A stretch of 64,000 nucleotides of DNA from Eledone cirrhosa (Eukaryota). Below, in pieces: positions 41,062-52,903 of the stretch (position 1 is the first letter of the stretch; each line of letters starts with the position of its first letter). Position numbers and translations under genes: made by a program. The stretch covers positions 28,768,001 through 28,832,000 of the forward strand of contig OZ024740.1 in assembly GCA_964016885.1 (NCBI GenBank), given 5' to 3'. Under the pieces are notes generated by a model. It made no database searches. It saw only the letters and a list, made by a program, of their open reading frames with translations, and had not been told where the DNA came from.

Positions 41062-44000
41062 ATTTTTATTTATTGCCACGAGGGCACAAAAGAAGGGGAC
41101 AAATACAAGGGGGGGGGGAGTTTACACAAAAGAACGAGTAAAAAACAAAAAACAAATATAAAACTAACAAGAAAGTCCTCAATAGGGAGGAGGCCTTATT
41201 GGGGTCGCCCCCTCCCCCCCGAAAAAGTGTGCAACCCTTCTCCTCAGGAGCACAGAGAGAGGGTGCTCCCTTGTTCTTCCATCTTTTTCACCTACAGGCT
41301 GATAGAGAGAGAAGGCCCATTCACACGGGCCATTCTCGCAACTTTCCCCCACCTTTCATAAAACTGGCTGGGGTGGAGCACCTCTCTCTCTCCATCCTGA
41401 TCCTTCTTCCGAAATGGTATCGGAAGAAAAGGACTAGTTGTTGGCCGGAGAGAAAGGTGTCCGACCTCAGCCCTTTCAAACGCGTCCACCATACAACCTC
41501 TTTCCCCATGGCTATTACGCACAGAAACACCGCCTCTCCTTCATTTTTGAAGGGGGGAGGCGGCTTGATCGTTATAATGGACTCGGTGGTCAATCGGATC
41601 GGTCCCACCCGTGACAGCAGTTGTTCGACATAGCCCCACAGACCGGCAACGCCCGGGCAGTGTACCAATGCGTGCGCAACGGTTTCCTCGTCGCGCACAC
41701 ATCTGATCAGATCTTTTTCGAGGGGTCCCTACCCGGGCGTCCGTATCTGTAGAGCCTTTCTCGAACGGGCAGAGCCCCTCGGTAGCACTGCCAGGCCAGG
41801 GACCTCTGGAAGTTATCCATGGGTCCCGGGCTGAGTGTCCTACCGAACAGGTTGTCCAGTTCGTCTTCCTCCATGCCTAGGGCTTCTCCGAGGGGGTCGT
41901 CGCACCTGCTAACCACCAGCCCTCTATAGAATGTCGAGGTGGAGTCTCCACTGATAGCCGAGTCCGCCTGCCAGAGAGCCGTGAGCGCCTGGGCACACTC
42001 GATGTGCCAGGCGCCCAGTTTTCTCGGTCTTTGCTTGACCCAGGATTGCAGCTCGGTGAGTGAGACGAGTCTCGGAAAGGTTCGTCTCACAAACGAGGCC
42101 CACACCGGTTGACCGGTGAGGAATACCTGGAGGTGCCGTAGCCTTAATCCGTGTTTACGCATCAGCAGCCACGGCACCTCCAGCCCTCCTTTCGAAGGGT
42201 GTTGACACCAGATGGATCTCCTCACCAAAGGAGCCCGCTTCTTCCAAAGGAATTGGAAGAGTGCGCGCTCCATTGGGGTGAGCGTTTCCCTTGGGCAAGG
42301 CACTGTAGTAGATGACGGACGCTATATAAGTGTACGCCCCGCCCCCGACCTTTTAGGAATAGTTTGCACTCGGCCCACTTCTGGGTCAGTGCAAACACTC
42401 TGTACGTTACCTCACCCCACTTCGTCTCCACCTGGAGGTCTGATCCGAACTAGACCCCGATCAACTTCACCGGGCCCTCCATCCAGCGTCCGACGACGCC
42501 ATCGGAGAGCATCAATTTTCCCCTCCACGTGCCGAGTTGCAAACCGATTGAGAGGTCCCGGTTCAGCTTAGCCCCTGTAAACCTTTCGTACTCCTCCAGT
42601 AAGGTGCCGATCATCCCGATTTCCGAGGCCGTCGACACCATTACTGTTACGTCACCGGCGTAGGCCGACACCGCTTTCTGCAATCCCGGTTCCAAAGGGA
42701 TGCCCTGCAACAACTCCAACTTCCACAGCAGTGGCTCGAGGGCCAATACATACAGAAGGGAGGAGAGAGGGCACCCCTGTCGGATGAACCGTGTGACTGC
42801 GAACGTCTCCGAGAGGTAGCCGTTCACCTTGACTGTAGAGCAGATGTGGCTGCTGTGCATGACAGTGATCTCGCCCCTGAAAACGATTCCCAAACCTGCC
42901 GCCGCTAGCACCTCATCCAGGCAACCATGGTCGAACGCCTTAGATTGATCCAAATTGATCAGGGCCCCACCAAAGCCGGGTTCGTTCCCAACCCTCTCTA
43001 TGATGTATCGCATAAGGTGGAGGTTGTCGTGGATAGACCTGGACGGGATAGCACATGTCTGCGCATCTCCCACCAGGTTGCTCACAACAAGCGCCAACCT
43101 CTTTGCTAAACCTTGGCCAAAATCTTTAACTCTGCATTTAGCAGAGTTATGGGCGTGAAATTATTTATTTCGTCCTTCCTCACTAGCGTGACTACGCCCT
43201 TGGTCACAGCACAGGGAATTCTCCCGTTCTGTTGCCAGTAGTAGTAGACCGCCTCGAGGAGATCGGAGAACAAGTCCGGCATAGCTAGATATAGTTCGTA
43301 TGGAATACCATCGAGACTCGGGGATTTGTTTTTGCCGTATTGGATCAGCACATCCCCTATTTCAGCAGCTGAAATCGGCCATTCGCAGGACTTCGCCTCC
43401 TCGTCCGAAAGAAGCGGCAGGCCTTCGAGATATGGACCGAAGTCCACATCCCCCCCCCCCCCCCGCCCCTCCCGAACAATCGGGCAAAGTGCCTTTGAAA
43501 GGCCTCACACATCTGCTTAGGTTCGAGCAACACCCGTCCATCCTGGTCTCGCAAAGACCGGATAGTGGATCTAATCCCACTTTCGTTCTCGTCGCTAGCA
43601 CCACTCTGGCCACGTCACCGCATCTAATTGCCTCTACTACACTATCTACCAACTCCCTTTCCTTCCTATTTCTATTTGAGGCTAACTCCTTACTAAATTC
43701 TATAGAGACTACTCTGAGAGATCCCCACCTCCTGCTGTTGACGATCGCTCCCGTCAACGGCTCCTTAAGTGTACAGGGATCGGATTAGTACTTTATTAAA
43801 GTACTAATCCGGTCCCTGTACACTTTACTTGTCGGTAAGGACAAGTTCAGTTTCCAGTAACCGGGTCCCTGTCTACGGGTTCTATGCAGGTCACTAACTT
43901 GTGGTCTGAATAGCCAACCATGAGCATTTCTGGACAACTTAAAAAGTCCTTATCCTTATTTCTAACTAAGAACCTATCTAGGTACGACCTAGATGATCCG

Positions 44001-46771
44001 CTGTGGTTTGCCCAATTCCAGGTTGGCGCAGTCGGATAATCTAGTTGATATCTATCGGCCAGGTCAAATCGGCCGATTAACTCCTTGAGGCTGTTTCACC
44101 CCCCCCCCCCCCCGCCCTCTATTGGGACATGCTCCCACATAGTCCCAATGTGCATCTAAGATTCCATTCCAGTCCCCCACTAACAGCAGGGAGTGGGACG
44201 TCCCCAGAAAAGTCTCCAGACGTTGGAAGAAGTCCGGCCGCGCTCACCCAAAAGGGGCGTAGGCGGCGACCAGCCTAAAGGCTCCACCTTCACCAGTGCC
44301 AACGTCTAAGACCACCAGTCGACCCTCCGGGTCCAGGTGTACCGTCTGTGTGGCGAGACCCAGATGTTTTTCATCAGAACGACAATCCCACCTCCATCTC
44401 CGGGCTGACAGAGAGATGCGTGCATCTGAGTCATCAAAGGTGGGGGCTAGTTGGCGCACGCTGCTGATCCGAGTCTCGCAAATAACCATCACATTTATAC
44501 CGCGTGACCTGGGGTCATTTAGAAGCTTAGCTTGCTTCCAAACTGCGCCCAGGCCACGCGTATTCAGGCAACCCACTCTCAACACAGCCATGTTTGCGGC
44601 GAAGGGGAAGACAAAAGAAAATACACATACCTCTCTACGTCCCGGGGTCCGGGCCGCGCAACTTCCATGGGGTGGGGGAGGGGTCGTTGTGTGGGGTGGT
44701 GGTTTGTGGAGGCATTAGTGTGTGGTGGGATTGGGGTATTTGGAGTTGTGTGGGTGTCTAAGGAGGAGGGTGGGTAACCTTTTAAGAAGACGCGGTTAAA
44801 TGGTTTGTTACAGGGGGGGGGGACGTCCTCTTTATAAACGTTTTTTAAAGTTTGATAAAGGTTCATGGGACCTTTATCATTTTGAGGTGTGGAGAGTCAT
44901 CTACTGTCTTAAAATTTGGCCCCTCGGTTTGCACCGAAGGGTTTCTGTTTATAAAATATTGAGCAGTTGTTTGTTTTGTTTGTTGATGTAAGTCTACTGT
45001 AATGTTTTTTTTTCTGTGACTGTTAGTGTTATGTAATGGGAAGGGGTACTTTGTGTTGTGTTGAGTTTTTTCTGTGTGTGTTTGGTTTCTGTTAGTGATA
45101 TGTTTCCTTTTTTTCCTTTTTATTGGTCGGAACGGCTCTCCTTCATCTTCGTTATGCTCCGATGTAAGGAGGTTTTCGTCCGTGTTCGGGGCTAGGGGGA
45201 TATTTTGTGATAGTGTTGTGTTGGTGTGTGTATGTGTGCTTGTTTTCTGTGTGGGATGGGTGGGTGTGACTGGTTTGTTTCGTGGTCTTTTGTTTTTGTT
45301 GTGGTGGTGGTGATGGAGGCGGTGGTGTTTGTTTTTGTTGTCGTTGTAGTGGTGGTGGTGGTGGTGGATTTTGTTGTTTTTGTAGTGGTGGTGTTGGTTG
45401 TTTTTGTTGTTGTTGTGGTGTTTGTAGCAGTGGTTTTTTTGTTGTTAGTAGAGGGCAGGCAGTCCTCATGTGACCTCTGCCAGCGCAGTGGTAACATGAG
45501 GGCCCCCTGCCTTCCACCGTAATATTAATTGTTTCTACTTTAGGCACAAGGCCAGCAATCACCCAGTGCATTACTGGTACTTTATTTCATCGACCCCGTA
45601 AGGATGAAAAGCAAAGTCAACCGCGGCGGGATTTGAACTCAGATCGTAAAGGGACGTAACTATGCTGGAAAGCATGGCGTCCGACCCTCTACCGATACTG
45701 CCAATCCACCGTAATATTAATGAAAGTTCGACCATCCAGTAGTACTCGGTCGGGTATTCCGGCGATTCTCTCTGGTGTCATCTGTATAAGAACCTCCAGA
45801 CTTTTTCCCCCGAACAGTCCACTGGTGAACTCACCTGCTGATACTAGAATGTCCTTGTCTAGGTCCGTGAATCCTCTCAGAACCAGATGACTACTTCTGG
45901 CGTTGAGCTCCACATTCTTAATCTTTGCGTTCTTCTTCCCATATATGTGGGGAAGAAGGTGTATTGTGGTGACACTATAGGTGCCACCGAACATTTTCGA
46001 GCCAGCATTTGGTCCTTCATTCGGACCATAATGCTGGCATAAAGCTTTCCTCTTTCAATAAAGAGTATGCCCTTTATAATGTCTTTCAGAACCAGCACAA
46101 TTTGACTTTCTGTCAATTGAGTTGGTTTTCTTGTTGCGTTGGATATAGTTCTGAAAGTTATAGTATTCCTATATGCCTGTTTGCGTACTTCTTCTGGGGA
46201 GTTTATCGTAAAAGAACCATCCCCTCCAAAAGATACGTATTTTCTGGCATTTGATAAGTTTTGCTTAGCGTTAGTAATGTCTATGGGTTTGTATTCGATA
46301 GTTTTTTTACTGTTTGGGCAAAAGATATTTTGCTATTTTTGTTGTTTTCGTTTCGTTCATTGTTGTTTGTTGTTGGTTTTATTAATTCCATTTGTTGTGG
46401 TATTTTTTTCCATGTTATCTTTTTCAAAATTTAGGTTTTCACTCAAATTAACAGACTTTTTCAGAGTGTTTTTTTCATTCGAGAGGATGGGTAGTTCAAC
46501 AGTTTGAATTGTTGTTCTCTCTTTCTCGCTTTTTTTTGGTGGGCGTGGCATTAGGTTGCCATATGGCTTCATCGTTTTTAACGATATCAACAAACATTTT
46601 AAATTAAAGATTTTCACCCCAAAAGGGGCGAAAATATATTTACCCAACGTCTACAGTCCCAGACGAGGTGTTAGAGTCAACAATAATAACACAATTCAAA
46701 TAACACACACACAAATAACAAAGTTGTAATCCAAAATCGAAGAGCCGATATGAAAGACGTCCACTATCAAC
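41062..46771 (-). mobile_element. Tx1/L1-clade LINE copy B, apparently full length but decayed
   Basis: 5' UTR; ORF1 remnants with CCHC knuckle (CYHCAGRGHMRTAC); ORF2 from 44591 with APE (CLNTRGL, ICETR), RT (KSPSLDG, LDQSKAFD, RQGCPLS, YAGD) and a C-terminal Zn motif; many frameshifts; (GATA)n at both ends. Confidence 0.93.
45530..45711 (-). mobile_element. SINE inserted in ORF1 of Tx1 copy B
   Basis: Full SINE body; flanking direct repeat TCCACCGTAATATTAAT at 45513-45529 and 45705-45721. Confidence 0.92.
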
Positions 46772-46989
46772 GATAGATAGATAGATACAACATCTGATGT
46801 TATGCGATTCATATTTGTTCTAATTTTTGCAATGATACTGGTCTCCAGCTATATTGATCCTTGGACAACAACAATATCGTGGAGAGGAAAAACTTGCATA
46901 TATTAGCAGCTGCTTTTCCTCCACGTGAAATGAACGACCTTTGCATTGTGTATAGCCATAGTCTGACCCAGGCTTAGTGCTATATATAA

Positions 46990-47204
46990 TTGTTCTACTT
47001 TAGGCACAAAGCCAGCAATCTTAGGGGAACTGAAAGTTGATTAAATCGAAACCAGTGCATTACTGGTACTTTATTTTATAGAACTCGTAAGAATGAAAGG
47101 CAAAGTTAAACTCTGCGGGATTTGAACTCAGTACGTAAAGGTCCATATCTCTATGCTTCAGAGTATTGTGTCGGATGTTCTACCGATATTGCCAATCCAA
47201 CACC
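46990..47204 (-). mobile_element. SINE, longer variant
   Basis: SINE body with an extra ~30-nt segment (CTTAGGGGAACTGAAAGTTGATTAAATCGAA); TSD CTTAGTGCTATATATAA at 46973-46989 and 47205-47221. Confidence 0.9.
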
Positions 47205-47361
47205 CTTAGTGCTATATATAACAAATAAATAGATACGTGTTTATCAATCTGTTAACTAGAAGTTTATGTTCTTTAAAACATTTCAAAGTTCCATCATATA
47301 AAGACAATATTGTGAAAGGTAGATACTTTAACACCTGTCTACCCGTCTATCTATAATTAGT

Positions 47362-49714
47362 GGGCTGAGCCAATGCGGCAAACCAAATCCCCGGGTCTCG
47401 ATGGTCTTCCTTACGAATTATATCTAGCTATACCGGACTTGTTCCCCGATCTCCTCGAGGCGGTCTACTGCAACTGGCAACAGAACGGGAGAATTCCCTG
47501 TACTGTGAGCAAGGGCGTAGTCACGCTAGTGAGGAAGGACGAGAACAAGGGGGCGAAATAAGTAATTTCAGGCCCATAACTCTGCTAAATACAGAGTTAC
47601 AGATTTTGGCCAAGGTGTTAGCAAAGAGGTTGGCGCTTGTCGTGGGCAACCTGGTGGGAGATGCGCAGACATGCGCTATCCCGTCCAGGTCCATCCATGA
47701 CAACCTCCACCTCATGCGATACATCATAGATAGGGTTGGGAACGAACCCGGCTTTGATGGGGCTCTGATCAACTTGGATCAATCTAAGGCGTTCGATAGG
47801 GTCGACCATGGTTACCTGGATGCGGTGCTAGCGGCGGCAGGCTTCGGACCCGTTTTCAGGGGCTGGATCACTGCTATGCACAGCAGCCGCATCTGCTCTA
47901 GGGTCAAGGTGAACGGCTACCTCTCGGAGCCGTTCAAAATCGCGCGGTCCATCCGACAAGGGTGCCCTCTCTCCTCCCTTCTGTATGTGTTGACTCTCGA
48001 GCCACTACTGCGGAAGTTGGAGTTGTTGCAGGGCATCCCTTTGGAACCGGGATTGCGGAAAGCGGTGTCGGCCTACGCCGATGACGTGACAGTAATGGTG
48101 TCGACGGCCTCCGAAATCGAGGCGGTCGGCACCTTACTGGAGAAGTACGAAAAGTTCACAGGGGCTAAGCTGAACCGGGACAAGTCGATCGGTTTGCAAC
48201 TCGGCACGTGGAGGGGCAGACCGATGCCCTCCGATAGCGTCGTCGGACGCTGGACGGAGGGCCCGGTGAAGTTGCTCGGGGTCTGGTTCGGACCGGACCT
48301 CCAGGTGGAGAAAAACTGGGCGGAGGTTACGAACAGGGTGTTTGCACTGACCCAGAAGTGGGCCAGTTGCAAACTATCCCTGAAAGGTCGGGCGGAGGTG
48401 GCGAACACCTACATAGCGTCCGTCATCTACTACCGCCTGACCGTAGTGCCCTGCCCAAGGGAAACCCTCACCAAGATGGAGCGCGCGCTCTTCCAATTCC
48501 TTTGGAAGAGGCGGGCTCCTATGGTGAGGAGATCCATCTGCTGTCAACACCCTTCGAAAGGAGGGCTGGGGATGCCGTGGCTAATGATGCGTAAACACGC
48601 ATTAAGGCTACGGCACCTCTACGTATTCCTCACCGGACAACCGGTGTGGGCCTCGTTTGTGAGACGAACCTTTCCCAAACTCGTCTCACTCACCGAGCTG
48701 CAATCCTGGGTCAAGCAAAGACCGAGAAAACTGGGCGCCTGGCACACTGAGTGTGCCCAGGCGCTCACCGCCCTCTGGCAGGCGGATCCGGTTATCAGTG
48801 GAGACTCCACCGCAACATTCTATAGAGGGCTGGTACGCAGCAGGTGCGACGACGCCCTCGGAGAAGCCCTAGACATGGAGGAGGACGAACTGGCCAGCCA
48901 GTTCGGTAGGACATTCAGCCCGGGACCTATGGATAACTTCCAGAGGTCCCTGGCCTGGCAGTGCTACCGAGGGGCTCTACCCGTTCGAGAAAAGCTCTAC
49001 AGACACGGGCGCCCGGGTAGGGACCCCGCCAAAAAGATCTGTCCCAGATGCGTGTGCGACGAGGAAACCGTTGCACACGCATTGGTACACTGCTCGGGCG
49101 ATGCCGATCTGTGGGGCTATGTCGAACAACTGCTGTCAAGGGTGGGACCGATCCGGTTGACCACCGAGTCTATTGTAATGATCAAGCCGCCTCCCCCCTT
49201 CAGAGATGAAGCAGAGGCGGTGTTTCTGTGCGTAATAGCCATGGCGAAAGAGGTTGTATGGTGGACGCGTTTGAAAGGACTGAGGTCAGGCACCTTTCTC
49301 TCTGGCCAACAACTGGTCCGTTTCTTCCGATATGATTTCGGAAGAAGGATCAGGATGGAGAGAGAGGTGCTCCACCCCAGTCGTTTTTATGAAAGGTGGG
49401 TGAAAGTGGCGAGAATGGCCGGTGTGAATGGGCCTTCTCTTTACATAAGCCTGTAGGTGGAAAAGAGGAAGGAACGAGGGAGCACCCCCTCTCTGTGCTC
49501 CTGAGGAAAAGGGTTGCACACTTTTTTCGGGGGTGTGTGCGACCCCCCAAGGCGCCTCCTCTCTATTGAGGATTTTGTTATAAATTTTATTTTTTGTTAT
49601 ATATTATTTTTATATATTGTTATTGCCTCCTCCTTATTGAGGACGCCTTTTTGTGTAAACTCCCCCCTTGTACTTGTCCCACTTTTGATGCCCTGGTGGC
49701 AAATAAAAGAAACA
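47362..49714 (+). mobile_element. Tx1/L1-clade LINE copy C, 5'-truncated, young
   Basis: KSPGLDG...; open 616-codon frame; 3' UTR with AATAAA; TSD TATCTATAATTAGT at 47348-47361 and 49715-49728. Confidence 0.95.
47606..49456 (+). CDS. LINE ORF2 fragment: reverse transcriptase + C-terminal zinc-binding domain
   Basis: LDQSKAFDRVDH, RQGCPLS, YADD, KLLGVWF, GGLG, CPRC...H..VHC. Confidence 0.85.
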   Translation: MAKVLAKRLALVVGNLVGDAQTCAIPSRSIHDNLHLMRYIIDRVGNEPGFDGALINLDQSKAFDRVDHGYLDAVLAAAGFGPVFRGWITAMHSSRICSRVKVNGYLSEPFKIARSIRQGCPLSSLLYVLTLEPLLRKLELLQGIPLEPGLRKAVSAYADDVTVMVSTASEIEAVGTLLEKYEKFTGAKLNRDKSIGLQLGTWRGRPMPSDSVVGRWTEGPVKLLGVWFGPDLQVEKNWAEVTNRVFALTQKWASCKLSLKGRAEVANTYIASVIYYRLTVVPCPRETLTKMERALFQFLWKRRAPMVRRSICCQHPSKGGLGMPWLMMRKHALRLRHLYVFLTGQPVWASFVRRTFPKLVSLTELQSWVKQRPRKLGAWHTECAQALTALWQADPVISGDSTATFYRGLVRSRCDDALGEALDMEEDELASQFGRTFSPGPMDNFQRSLAWQCYRGALPVREKLYRHGRPGRDPAKKICPRCVCDEETVAHALVHCSGDADLWGYVEQLLSRVGPIRLTTESIVMIKPPPPFRDEAEAVFLCVIAMAKEVVWWTRLKGLRSGTFLSGQQLVRFFRYDFGRRIRMEREVLHPSRFYERWVKVARMAGVNGPSLYISL

Positions 49715-49735
49715 TATCTATAATTAGTAGTTCAT

Positions 49736-50086
49736 CTTGGAAGAAGAATCAGGATGGAGAGAGAGGTGCTGTACCCCAGCAAATTTTATAAAAGGTTGGT
49801 GAATGTGGCAACGATGGCCCGAGTGGTTGGGCCTTCTCTCTATATAAGCCTGTAGGTTGAGGAAAAAGAGGAGAGGAAGGGAGTACTCACTCTTGGTGCT
49901 CCTGGAGATGAGGGTTGTACATTTTTTCGGGGTGTGTACAACCCCTGTGTAACGCCTCCCCCCCTATTGGGGATATCAATTGTTATTTGTTATTGTATTA
50001 ATAGTTTTATTTTCATATACCTGTATGTAAACTCCCCATTTGTATTTGTCCCCTTCTTTTGTGCCCTTGTGGCTAATAAAGAAATT
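49736..50086 (+). mobile_element. Tx1/L1-clade LINE copy D, very short 3' fragment
   Basis: Homologous to the ORF2 end and 3' UTR; TSD TATAATTAGTAGTTCAT at 49719-49735 and 50087-50103. Confidence 0.88.
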
Positions 50087-50189
50087 TATAATTAGTAGTT
50101 CATTTATTTATCTGATCATTCTAGCTGTCCTGTTTCTAAATCTAATTAAGGTGGTAACTATAATTTCTCTGCTGAGAGATAAACAGATA

Positions 50190-50600
50190 GAGAGCGGGGG
50201 GAGGGGCATAGTAGGAGAGAAAGGGGGAGAGAGAGAGAAACATAGTAGGAGAGAGATGGGGAGAGTGGAAGAGAGAAAGAGAGAAACATAGTAGGAGAGA
50301 GAGGGGGAGAGTGGAAGAAAGAAACAGTAGGAGAAAGAGGGGTAGAGTGGTAGAGAGAGGGGGAGAGTGGAAGAAAGAAACAGTAGGAGAAAGAGGGGTA
50401 GAGTGGTAGAGAGAGAGGAAAATAGTAGGAGAGAGGGGAGAGAGAAACAGAGAAATATAGTAGGAGAGAGGGGGGATTGGGAGAGAGAAACAGTAGGAGA
50501 GAGAGTGGGAGAGAGAGAGAGTAAGAGAGAAACATAGTAGGAGAGAGAGAGGGAGAGAGAGAGAGAGAGAGAGGGACAGAGGGAGCGAGAGAGAGTCCAG
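50190..50600. repeat. Purine-rich GA minisatellite (TAGTAGGAGAGAGAGGGGGAGAGTGGAAGAAAGAAAC-like units)
   Basis: Direct reading. Confidence 0.85.
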
Positions 50601-51008
50601 ATAATTGTTTCTACGTTAGGCACAAAGCCAGCAATTAACCAGTGTATTACTGGTACTTTATTTTATCGAATTCGTAAGGATGAAAGGCAAAGTTAACCTC
50701 GGCGGGATTTGAACTCAGAATGGCAAAGGTCGTAACTCTATGCGTCAAAGCATGGCGTCCGACCCTCTACTGATACTGCCAATCCACCGCCCTTATTTAT
50801 TGATAATTTTTTCTACTTTTGGCACAAGGCCAGCAAATAACCAGTACATTACTGGTACTTTATTTTATCGACCCCGTAAGGATGAAAGGCAAAGTTGACC
50901 TCGGCGGGATTGAACTCGGAATGGAAAGGGGCGTAACTCTATGCGTTAAAGCATGAGATCCTACCCTCTACCGATACTGCCAATCCACCGCCCTTATTTA
51001 TTGATAAT
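50601..51008 (-). mobile_element. Two tandem full-length SINE copies
   Basis: Two ~200-bp units, each ending ...CCAATCCACCGCCCTTATTTATTGATAAT. Confidence 0.92.
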
Positions 51009-51421
51009 AGTCTCTAATTAGAGTTAATTTGGAGTTAATTTGGAATGTCCAATTTTGATTTATCAAATCTTGAGCGGACTTCTAAGAATAGACACGCGAT
51101 TTCTGAGATGACAAGACATGGAGATAACAGAAGGAAAAAAAGATGGAATGTATTTTGGGCTAAATTCTAAATGAAATTTAGTTATTATTTTAATGAGACA
51201 TTAATTCAGATATCAACGTCAACGACGTGCACATACACGCACTTACACATATACACATACATACACATATATATTTATATATATATATATATAAGTTAAA
51301 AGAATGAAATAAAAAAAATCAAGTCATTAGAGATATACTTCACTGTTTTACGATCGTTTCTAGGTGATGATAATACATTGCATATCATGAATAGACCCCA
51401 CAACTTACTGTGGATACCTCA

Positions 51422-51482
<61 letters not shown>

Positions 51483-51589
51483 TCATTATATTACACTCTG
51501 TTTAGTTCTACACCTCGCCACTGACATGAACCTAAACATCGAGTGCTCACCTGGGTGAATCTACAGTAACTTCATGTTACACTCACTGG

Positions 51590-51650
<61 letters not shown>

Positions 51651-51830
51651 TATTACACAAATAGAAGTGTGTTACACAGTGAAATGTGTGTAAAGGATTA
51701 TTACAAGTGATTTTTACCATTACTGTATAGATAACAATATATACAGGTTTACCATTTAAATAGAAAAAAACCTAAGTCAGAATCAAATTACTGAAGTAGA
51801 GTTTTAAATTACTAACCTTATAATTATAAG

Positions 51831-51905
51831 TTTGCTGATACGAATTAAGTTCGTTTCGCCACAGAAATGTGCAGTTTAACAGCCACAGGTTCATCAGTCA
51901 GCAAA
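51831..51905 (-). ncRNA. Type I hammerhead ribozyme motif
   Basis: Reverse complement: TTTGCTGA-CTGATGA-ACCTGTGG...CTGTGGC-GAAA-CGAA cttaa TTCG-TA-TCAGCAAA. Perfect 8-bp stem I, 4-bp stem III and GUA site; stem II pairs poorly. Confidence 0.7.
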
Positions 51906-52532
51906 TGTGGATTCTGTTTACTAAACATCTAGCCTCATGGATAGACAGAAAGCTATACACGCTGCCCAGAGTAGGGCGAAATCACGTGTTATTTGCATCA
52001 AATAACGGTTCTCATGGATTGGGGAAAATGCTAGAGAGAGCAGCCCAACCATTCGAATTTATTAGCTCAATAATTTGGAGCTCATTAAGTACAAGGATCG
52101 GAATTAAGAGTATTCCGCAGTTCACAGTAATAATAATAATAATAATAGCTCAAAGAAGAATAGAGAATTTTCTTCTGATCTCGGATACAAATATATTACA
52201 CAAATAGAAGTGTGTTACACAGTGAAATGTATATATAAGATCGAATATATATACGCTTGAGAGAGTCGTGGCACAACAGCTGAGCTCTTGCCGTTTCGCC
52301 AGCAAGTTCCTCTGTCTGGAATTTGCTGGAACCATTAGACCCATCAGAACCCAGAACAAATCGCACAAATTATTCTGTTCGATGCTCTATCAATCCGGCC
52401 AATCTATTGACCTAAACTGATACTCTATTTATCACCAAACAATGAAGGGTAACTCAGGCACCGACAGGATGTGAACGATGGTTACCTTTACACAAAGTTA
52501 ATATAAATAACTTATAATTGTAATATTAATGT

Positions 52533-52903
52533 GCGGTGGATTGGCAGTATCGGTAGCGAGTCGGACGCCATGCTTTCCAGCATAGTTACGTCCCTTTACG
52601 GTCTGAGTTCAAATCCCGTCGAGGTTAACTTTGCCTTTCATCGTTACGGGGTCGATAAAATAAAGTACCAGTAATGCACTGGGTAATTGCTGGCCTTGTG
52701 CCAAAAGTAGAAACAAATAATTGTTTCTACTTTAGGCACAAGGCCACAATTACGCAGTGCATTACTGGTACTTTATTTTATCGACCCCGTAACGATGAAA
52801 GGCAAAGTTAACCTCGACGGGATTTGAACTTAGATCATAAAGGGACGTAACTCTATGCTTCAGAGCATGGCGTCCGACCTTCTACCGATACTGCCAATCC
52901 ACC
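52533..52903. mobile_element. Tail-to-tail inverted SINE dimer
   Basis: Plus copy 52533-~52717 and minus copy ~52718-52903; TTAATGT directly repeated at 52526-52532 and 52904-52910. Confidence 0.92.

Noticed and set aside
51340-51425. Minus-strand GAAA-C-GATC-G-TA minimal hammerhead half
   Set aside because: No intact CTGANGA core and no stem I
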